IMG/VR virus record: IMGVR_UViG_3300020185_000006
Length of the DNA: 31,873 nucleotides
From: a virus
Direction: 5' to 3' (one strand)
Positions within the stretch are counted from its first letter, which is position 1, and every line of letters starts with the position of its first letter. The translations under genes and the position numbers were made by a program. The notes below the pieces were generated by a model. The model ran no database searches. It saw nothing but the letters and a program-made list of their open reading frames with translations, and was not told where the DNA came from. This document shows positions 25,317 to 30,945 of the stretch, in pieces.

Positions 25317-25459
25317 CTCCTTATACCGCTTATATTGTTTAGTTTCTTTCTCCTTTCATCACAACCGCAATCTACTCCTGTCTTTCTACTTAAGAAATCA
25401 ACAACCGCTTTAATGCCTGTGTACTTAGTGATGTAAAAAATTAAATCTCCTAGTTTCAT
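25310..25459 (-). CDS. Small ORF, 49 aa: MKLGDLIFYITKYTGIKAVVDFLSRKTGVDCGCDERRKKLNNISGIRRW
   Basis: Hand translation. ATGA overlap with the sigma-factor stop, and its stop overlaps the next ATG. Confidence 0.45.
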   Translation of the reverse strand: MKLGDLIFYITKYTGIKAVVDFLSRKTGVDCGCDERRKKLNNISGIRRW

Positions 25460-25956
25460 AGTATTTTTTTTAGTTTTTCTTTAACTCTTTTAAAGGTATT
25501 GTAAAGAGAGTAATAAGGTATCTTAGTCTTTCTTGCTAAGTCGGCAATACTACTCCCATCATCAATGATTTCGTAAACCTTCTTATCGTACCAAAATAGT
25601 TGGTCTATCTCTACGTTAACCTTTTCTAAGGCTTTATAGTAATCAGTATCATCATCGATATTTACTTCCTCTTTAACGGTTTCTATATTGACAATATAAA
25701 CCTTATTCTCTTTGCGTTTTAGATCCAAAAATAAATTTCGAAGAACTCTAAAAACATAGGAGTAATTAAAATCATTATCACCATATTTGATGTCTAATCC
25801 TTCACTTAGTTTTCTTTGGATCTTGATATACATTTCCTGTACTATATCTTCAGCGGTTTCCTTATTGCAACCAAAAGATTTAACGATGTTAACCCAAGTC
25901 TTGTGATCATCCGCTATCTGATTTAAAATTTTTAAGTAGGTCATATTCTTCTCCAA
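25456..25956 (-). CDS. Sigma-70 family (ECF-like) RNA polymerase sigma factor
   Basis: 166 aa. Region 2 pattern ETAEDIVQEMYIKIQRKL...YVFRVLRNLFLDLKRK. Region 4 HTH SIADLARKTKIPYYSLYNTFKRVKEKLKK. Confidence 0.65.
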   Translation of the reverse strand: MEKNMTYLKILNQIADDHKTWVNIVKSFGCNKETAEDIVQEMYIKIQRKLSEGLDIKYGDNDFNYSYVFRVLRNLFLDLKRKENKVYIVNIETVKEEVNIDDDTDYYKALEKVNVEIDQLFWYDKKVYEIIDDGSSIADLARKTKIPYYSLYNTFKRVKEKLKKIL

Positions 25957-26740
25957 TTACTTCGGGAAGTCCTATCTTGTTTATCTTGAATGAAAACTTT
26001 TCAAAAGGAAACCCTCTGCTCCTCTTACAAGATACATTAACCCGCTCTTTGTGAACTGTGTTTAATTCTAGTTCAATTTGAGTTTCGCATTTCTTTTCTA
26101 AGAAAGAACCGAGATGCCCTGTAGGTTTAGAAGATCCGAAGTTAGAATGAATAACCGTTACAATGTGACACTTATACTTAGCAGTCCATTTCATTAAGTA
26201 CTGCACGCATTGATTGCTTTGCTCCAAATCATTAACATCAGAAACAAGATCAGCTATTCCATCAATAATCACTAAACCAACATCTTTAATCTGATCTAAC
26301 GATTGCTCAATAACTTGTATCTTCTCAAAATAACTTAACTCCCTTAAAGCAAATGTATAATATTTTTCGGTAACTGATGACATATCTACCGCTCTTCGGA
26401 AAACCCTAGAGGAATGGAAGTCACTTTGTTCTGTATCAAAGTGGATTAAACTTCGATCTTGCCTATTGCCTCTTATCTCTCCGCTAAAATGATTATCTCC
26501 TAAGTAGGCTGCTGATAAAAGGCTAATAAAAAAGGTCTTTTTAGATTTTGGAGGTGCTTGTACGAAACTAAAATTGCCATAAGTTCCTATTGGAATTTTA
26601 ACAACCTCATTACCTCTCTTAGTCTTTAATACCGTATTACCTAAAGAGATTGCAATTGGCGGATACTTGACAATATCTAGCGGGTTTATTTGGCATTTCT
26701 TGAGCAATGCCTTTCTCTGTTCTATTGAAAGTTTCTTCAT
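25907..26740 (-). CDS. P-loop NTPase (RecA/DnaB-like, AAA_25-type), replication helicase or loader candidate
   Basis: 277 aa. Degenerate Walker A APPKSKKT, Walker B GLVIIDGIADL, later TVIHSN. Confidence 0.5.
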   Translation of the reverse strand: MKKLSIEQRKALLKKCQINPLDIVKYPPIAISLGNTVLKTKRGNEVVKIPIGTYGNFSFVQAPPKSKKTFFISLLSAAYLGDNHFSGEIRGNRQDRSLIHFDTEQSDFHSSRVFRRAVDMSSVTEKYYTFALRELSYFEKIQVIEQSLDQIKDVGLVIIDGIADLVSDVNDLEQSNQCVQYLMKWTAKYKCHIVTVIHSNFGSSKPTGHLGSFLEKKCETQIELELNTVHKERVNVSCKRSRGFPFEKFSFKINKIGLPEVIGEEYDLLKNFKSDSG

Positions 26741-26752
26741 ATAACTGTGGTT

Positions 26753-26779
26753 AAAAAAAAAGGGGGAACTTAATCCCCC
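26753..26779 (-). terminator. Rho-independent terminator
   Basis: The minus strand reads GGGGGA-TTAAGT-TCCCCC followed by nine T. Confidence 0.75.
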
Positions 26780-26797
26780 TGTAAGATAATCAATTGT

Positions 26798-27085
26798 TTA
26801 AAATGGCAAATCGTTTGCTTCTGAGGGCATAGACTCCTCTTTAACTGCCGTTTTAATACTGCCATCTGTCCAATAGATCTTTCCGTTACCAATATACTCC
26901 TTGGCTTTCTTTGCGGATCTCTCTTCTTCTGATTGCGGGATTATTGCAGCAACGTTATTGCCAAATTTTGACTCATCATTTATTGAAATATTGATTAAAC
27001 AATAAACCGCTCCATCCTTTCCTTTATAGAAATTTTCTTGGGGTAGTTTATCTACTCTTAAGTTTATACTTCCTAAACTGCTCAT
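26798..27085 (-). CDS. Small SSB-like protein with an acidic DLPF C-terminal tip
   Basis: 95 aa, ending ...EESMPSEANDLPF, like the D-D-(I/L)-P-F tip of bacterial SSBs. It is coupled (ATGA) to the ERF gene. The OB fold is not verified. Confidence 0.45.
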   Translation of the reverse strand: MSSLGSINLRVDKLPQENFYKGKDGAVYCLINISINDESKFGNNVAAIIPQSEEERSAKKAKEYIGNGKIYWTDGSIKTAVKEESMPSEANDLPF

Positions 27086-27684
27086 ACTAATTGCTCTTTT
27101 AAAGTTTGTTCGATGTCATCTGTTAAGATGAATTTCTCCTTGACATCATTAAGAGAATATCCATTTTTAATTGCTTTTACAACCTTATCGTATCTAGGTG
27201 TATTTTTTAGAAGTTGTACCTTCTTACCTTCGTGATCATTTGTTGCATCAGCATCTTGTGTATCATCAATTAAGAAGAGATTGCCAAGAGCATATTTCTT
27301 TCCGTAAGATGATGCACTACCGAACCTTTGAGGCATTTGCATACCTTTTTGATCCGTGTCTACTCCTACTATTGCAGTTGCTTTTATCCTTTGAACTCCA
27401 TCAGATATAATAGCGGTAGCTTTAATAATGTAGTTATTAAGATACTTTTCTTTTATCTTAACACTTACATCGTATTCTAGTAGAAATGGTTTTACTGCTT
27501 CAAGTATATCCTCCGCTGAGCGAAAGTAATACTTACCAAACGAGTTAAATCTACTCTTCTTCGATTTAAACTTAGTTTGGATTTGTGCTAATTTGTGGTT
27601 AAGTGATATTTCCAATTTTTGATTTTTAAAATTTAACCGTTTCGGGATTTTCCCTAGACTGCAATAACGCTTGTAGCATTGCAA
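27082..27684 (-). CDS. erf: ERF-family single-strand annealing protein (start uncertain)
   Basis: Motifs: FGKYYFRSAEDILEAVKPFLLEYDV and FGSASSYGKKYALGNLFLIDDTQDADA. The N-terminal 20 codons overlap another plausible small ORF. Confidence 0.75.
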   Translation of the reverse strand: MQCYKRYCSLGKIPKRLNFKNQKLEISLNHKLAQIQTKFKSKKSRFNSFGKYYFRSAEDILEAVKPFLLEYDVSVKIKEKYLNNYIIKATAIISDGVQRIKATAIVGVDTDQKGMQMPQRFGSASSYGKKYALGNLFLIDDTQDADATNDHEGKKVQLLKNTPRYDKVVKAIKNGYSLNDVKEKFILTDDIEQTLKEQLV

Positions 27685-27781
27685 TCCTATTTTCCAACTT
27701 GTGTATTACTAGTTGAAATTCTTGCAGTTCCAACTTATGCTGAAACTTGATTTCTTCAATTGATAAGATAGACTGTTCCAT
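27626..27781 (-). CDS. Small coiled-coil ORF, 51 aa: MEQSILSIEEIKFQHKLELQEFQLVIHKLENRIAMLQALLQSRENPETVKF
   Basis: Hand translation. It overlaps the annotated ERF start by 59 nt, so either this ORF or the ERF start is mis-set. Confidence 0.3.
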   Translation of the reverse strand: MEQSILSIEEIKFQHKLELQEFQLVIHKLENRIAMLQALLQSRENPETVKF

Positions 27782-27828
27782 CGTTTTTTTTACAAATGTA
27801 AACAAAAAACTTCAGAATTAAAACAACT

Positions 27829-28062
27829 CTAATCCCAACCCATTAATGCTCTCTTTTCTTCTTCGGGCATTTCTTCTATATCTCTCCTCGTTAGGTTAGG
27901 ATAATTAGCAAGTAAAGTCTCTTCAACTTGATCTTGTACATTAGTATAAATGTCTTCAAGATCTTTTTTTACATCTCCGAAAATAAAATCTAGTGAATTT
28001 TCCATTTTTATTTGATTAATACCATTCTTTATAAAACCCATTATAAATCTTTCTTTGACCAA
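27829..28062 (-). CDS. Hypothetical protein (77 aa)
   Basis: ORF track. 47-nt overlap with the upstream ORF, so the start is uncertain. Confidence 0.45.
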   Translation of the reverse strand: MVKERFIMGFIKNGINQIKMENSLDFIFGDVKKDLEDIYTNVQDQVEETLLANYPNLTRRDIEEMPEEEKRALMGWD

Positions 28063-28201
28063 TTATCTTGTATAAGATTCCTGTTCCTCCGCTTGTAATT
28101 ACATAACAACCGCCTTTATAAACACCCTCCTTAAAAGAGATGTATTTAAATCCTTTCTTCATCCCTATCATTGGGATTCTTATTTTTTGCCGTACTTTCA
28201 T
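28016..28201 (-). CDS. Hypothetical protein (61 aa)
   Basis: ORF track, preceded by hairpin copy 3. Confidence 0.45.
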   Translation of the reverse strand: MKVRQKIRIPMIGMKKGFKYISFKEGVYKGGCYVITSGGTGILYKIIGQRKIYNGFYKEWY

Positions 28202-28210
28202 TTCTGTTCT

Positions 28211-28250
28211 ATTAAGTAAAGGGGGTGGTTAACCCCCATTAAATTTATTT
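28211..28250 (-). repeat. Conserved intergenic GC-rich hairpin element, copy 3
   Basis: Plus strand ATTAAGTAAAGGGGGTGGTTAACCCCCATTAAATTTATTT. Confidence 0.7.
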
Positions 28251-28421
28251 GTTAAAGATAGTTACCATCTTGGTTCTACCATTACCGAGTGAATATATCC
28301 TTTTCGGTAAGAAATATTGATACTTAAGAGAAGATGAAAATATTACATTTTTATCCTTATACTTAATTAAATCCTCATTGGTTGGGTTAATAATTTCTAG
28401 TAGTTTTTTTGAATTTTCCAT
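28245..28421 (-). CDS. Small ORF, 58 aa: MENSKKLLEIINPTNEDLIKYKDKNVIFSSSLKYQYFLPKRIYSLGNGRTKMVTIFNK
   Basis: Hand translation. It is preceded by the conserved leader and followed by hairpin copy 3, the same layout as 17620..17847. Confidence 0.45.
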   Translation of the reverse strand: MENSKKLLEIINPTNEDLIKYKDKNVIFSSSLKYQYFLPKRIYSLGNGRTKMVTIFNK

Positions 28422-28470
28422 TTTGTTTTTGTTTGTTTGATTAATAATAGAGTGAAGATATAAAGTTTTT
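28422..28470 (-). promoter_or_regulatory. Conserved promoter/leader region, copy A (homologous to 17848..17905)
   Basis: Minus strand AACTTTATATCTTCACTCTATTATTAATCAAACAAACAAAAACAAA-ATG. Confidence 0.35.
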
Positions 28471-28503
28471 ATTTAATAAAAAAGTGTTTAGACAAAAAAA
28501 CAC

Positions 28504-28534
28504 AAAAAAAAAGGAGAAAAAATTAATTTTCCCC
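28504..28534 (-). terminator. Rho-independent terminator after the NinG-like gene
   Basis: The minus strand reads GGGGAAAA-TTAATT-TTTTCTCC (one mismatch) followed by nine T. A second 8-bp hairpin (TTGAGTAG...CTACTCAA) lies at 28548-28572. Confidence 0.6.
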
Positions 28535-28615
28535 TTCAGAACAGATATTGAGTAGCAGCTCTAACTACTCAAAGAAATATACCACCACAGTTTATTTACG
28601 AAACAAAGATAGCAA

Positions 28616-28996
28616 TTATAATTCATTTACCAAATCCTTATAAGTAGTAATAAGATCCTCAAGTTCATTTGTGGACAACTTGACTAAGAAATTACCTTTT
28701 AAAGCTAACTCATTTGCAGTACCCTCTCCGTAAGTTTCATCAAGTTTTTTCCCAAAGATGTATTGTTCTCCTTGACTAAATATATTACACTTAGCGCATT
28801 GAACTTGACAATTAAGTTTGTCCCATCTTGTTGAGTATTTTCTTCGACTTTGAAAATGACCGCATTGAAGGTTCTTCCAATGATCTAATTTACCACAAGT
28901 AAAGCACTTGGAAACATCATCTTTAGCGTATCTTTTTCTGATATATATAGAAAAGATATTATCTAATTTCTTTACTATTTTACTTCTTTTTATCAT
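28616..28996 (-). CDS. ninG: NinG/Rap-like recombination endonuclease family protein
   Basis: 126 aa. Pattern LDNIFSIYIRKRYA...CFTCGK...QCGHFQSRRKYSTRWDKLNCQVQCAKCNIFSQGEQYIFGKKL matches the lambda NinG family signature. Confidence 0.65.
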   Translation of the reverse strand: MIKRSKIVKKLDNIFSIYIRKRYAKDDVSKCFTCGKLDHWKNLQCGHFQSRRKYSTRWDKLNCQVQCAKCNIFSQGEQYIFGKKLDETYGEGTANELALKGNFLVKLSTNELEDLITTYKDLVNEL

Positions 28997-29022
28997 TTAG
29001 CTTAATTAGCTATATAATATAT

Positions 29023-29040
29023 ACCCCCCTTGAGGGGGGT
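29023..29040 (-). terminator. Perfect GC hairpin (CCCCCC-TTGA-GGGGGG) between the lysis block and the NinG-like gene
   Basis: Read directly. It is flanked by 12-bp direct repeats TTAATTAGCTAT at 29002-29013 and 29043-29054. No clean T run follows. Confidence 0.5.
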
Positions 29041-29168
29041 TATTAATTAGCTATTATATAGTGGAAATATTTTTTTTGTTCAAAGAACATTTATCTGATC
29101 CAAGCAACTTCCATCTTTTATAGGTTTTGCAAGTTTGGTCTTTACGACAAAGCAAAGGTAATTAAATT

Positions 29169-29381
29169 TTACTTAATCACCTCTTGAACTTCTTCAAGTC
29201 CTATTTTTCCTGTTACAAAAGCGTAAACCGCACCCGCTGCAACTAGCAACCTAACCATCTGCTTAATAAATCTAGGAGCGAAGAATCTTCCAACTCCACC
29301 TTCTTTTGACTTAATGTTCTCAACTAATTCACCCCCTATTGGGACTACTGTCTCTACTACTTTTAAAAATACTTTTAACAT
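29169..29381 (-). CDS. Small membrane protein, holin candidate
   Basis: 70 aa with hydrophobic segments (VVETVVPIGG; MVRLLVAAGAVYAFVTG). It is the last gene of the lysis block. Confidence 0.4.
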   Translation of the reverse strand: MLKVFLKVVETVVPIGGELVENIKSKEGGVGRFFAPRFIKQMVRLLVAAGAVYAFVTGKIGLEEVQEVIK

Positions 29382-29386
29382 AATTT

Positions 29387-29662
29387 CTATTTTTTATATA
29401 CTCGGTTTTCTAAATCTTTAATTCTTTCCTCATTCTTTTCCATTTCTTTAATGAGGTATTCTAATTTTTGGTTAACTACCCTTGTATCATCTTGTCTTAT
29501 TATTTGTTTAGGCAAAGTCTTAGCGATTTCTATTTCACCTTGCAACATAAAATAAGAGGATGCAACTGAAAAAATCATTCCACCCGCTAATAATAAGGTT
29601 TTAAAATCAACTTGGAAATCGGGTTTCTGATCTCCATCTACATCTACATTCAACTTAGTCAT
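29387..29662 (-). CDS. Membrane protein with one TM helix and a C-terminal coiled coil (holin or spanin-like candidate)
   Basis: 91 aa. TM segment LLLAGGMIFSVASSYFML, then KLEYLIKEMEKNEERIKDLENRV. Confidence 0.4.
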   Translation of the reverse strand: MTKLNVDVDGDQKPDFQVDFKTLLLAGGMIFSVASSYFMLQGEIEIAKTLPKQIIRQDDTRVVNQKLEYLIKEMEKNEERIKDLENRVYKK

Positions 29663-29844
29663 TTTTTATCTTTAAAACTTTTGTAACAAATTGCAATTGC
29701 TTGTTCCTTCTTTGCTTCCTTCATCATTTCGGGAATACATCGCAACATAAAATCTTTCTGCTTCTCTTTGGGTTTAGGTTTTGGTATTGGCATAATTAAT
29801 ATAAACTTTATTAGTAAAACAATTAAAATGATTCTATAAGGCAT
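29659..29844 (-). CDS. Hypothetical protein (61 aa; may start at the internal Met)
   Basis: Hydrophobic N-terminus, then PKPKPKEKQKDFMLRCIPEMMKEAKKEQAIAICYKSF, a motif I recall from small proteins in many marine phages. Confidence 0.45.
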   Translation of the reverse strand: MPYRIILIVLLIKFILIMPIPKPKPKEKQKDFMLRCIPEMMKEAKKEQAIAICYKSFKDKK

Positions 29845-29911
29845 TTTAAGGGGTCTCTAAGGCATTATCTTTTAAATACAGTATAATCGCATTACTTTTA
29901 AAAAAAGTGTC

Positions 29912-30424
29912 TTAAAAAGTGTAATATCGCTTCGATGTTCCTCTCCTTATCATTTTTAATCTTTGCTTTCTGTTTTTTTCCTCATTAACGTAAGAAACGT
30001 GAATCCAATCGGGATTCTTATCGTCACCCGCTTCCCAAATTAATTGATCGTAAGAAAGATTTTCTGAGATATAATTAAATAAATCAGCGTTTGTCTTTTC
30101 TCCTAAAGAATCAAGATCTAACGCTTGTCCTTTAGAGTGCTGACTAGACTGCGCTCCTCTAATAGCTTTATTTAGATCGTAACTTCTATACATTGAGTTA
30201 ATCCTAATTGGATGCTCACACCATTCTCTTAAAGGCTGAAAAACCTTATCAGCAATAAGCATCATATTAACTAAATGATCTTCGGTTGGATCATTCTTAA
30301 TTCCTAACTTTTTAGCAGTATCAGAATGAGTAGCCTCTTTATAACTTAGATTTTCACTAATCTTTGTTATCTTCTTTGATTTCTTCGTACTCTCCTGTTT
30401 TGAGGTCGATGTTAATTTTGCCAT
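29912..30424 (-). CDS. Peptidase M15 family cell-wall hydrolase (endolysin)
   Basis: 170 aa. Motifs: LSYKEATHSDTAKKLGIKNDPT, SMYRS, SQHSKGQALDL (H..G.A.D) and DWIHVSY, the zinc-ligand pattern of M15 (VanY / L-Ala-D-Glu peptidase type). Confidence 0.75.
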   Translation of the reverse strand: MAKLTSTSKQESTKKSKKITKISENLSYKEATHSDTAKKLGIKNDPTEDHLVNMMLIADKVFQPLREWCEHPIRINSMYRSYDLNKAIRGAQSSQHSKGQALDLDSLGEKTNADLFNYISENLSYDQLIWEAGDDKNPDWIHVSYVNEEKNRKQRLKMIRRGTSKRYYTF

Positions 30425-30608
30425 AATTTTCTTCTATTGATTCAAACGTAATTTCTTGATGATCTAAAACATCATCTAATAAATGTAGTAACTTGTGCTT
30501 CCTAGATTCTAAAACTCCTAAATCGTGAGCAATAGAATTCTTTTGATTTTCTTGCTTAGTTAACGTCTCTAGTTCTTCGTCTGTAATTTTCATAGTTTTT
30601 TTCTTCAA
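30357..30608 (-). CDS. Hypothetical coiled-coil protein (83 aa)
   Basis: ORF track. 68-nt overlap with the endolysin ORF. Confidence 0.45.
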   Translation of the reverse strand: MKKKTMKITDEELETLTKQENQKNSIAHDLGVLESRKHKLLHLLDDVLDHQEITFESIEENYGKINIDLKTGEYEEIKEDNKD

Positions 30609-30614
30609 AGATAA

Positions 30615-30914
30615 TTAATCTTCAGAAACTTCACTAGATTCTTCTACTTCCTCAGATGGTTCTACAATAACAAGGCTTAAATCAGTTGCTACATATTCAT
30701 AAATATAATCATCGTTTGAACCCCAATTTGTATAATCGGGATCACCACTAATTCCTAGGTTACCATTTGCTACTTGATGCCCTTCTTCTGTCAGCAATTG
30801 CCAATAAAAAGATGCACTACTTCCTAAAGTTACACTTGTACCTTGTACTTGTAATTTTACGGCAGTTTTGGTTGTACCATTCTGCCATATTGAAATTGGT
30901 TCTATTTGTTTCAT
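30615..30914 (-). CDS. Hypothetical protein (99 aa, acidic C-terminus), immediately downstream of the tail fibre
   Basis: ORF track. Confidence 0.5.
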   Translation of the reverse strand: MKQIEPISIWQNGTTKTAVKLQVQGTSVTLGSSASFYWQLLTEEGHQVANGNLGISGDPDYTNWGSNDDYIYEYVATDLSLVIVEPSEEVEESSEVSED

Positions 30915-30945
30915 ATTTACTCTTGTTTAATAATGTGGGTAACCC

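Noticed and set aside
28604-28611. Exact match to the Bacteroidota -7 promoter element TAnnTTTG on the minus strand (TATCTTTG)
   Set aside because: It sits between the NinG-like stop codon and two terminator hairpins, so a promoter there would fire straight into terminators. A single 8-mer match in AT-rich DNA is expected by chance.
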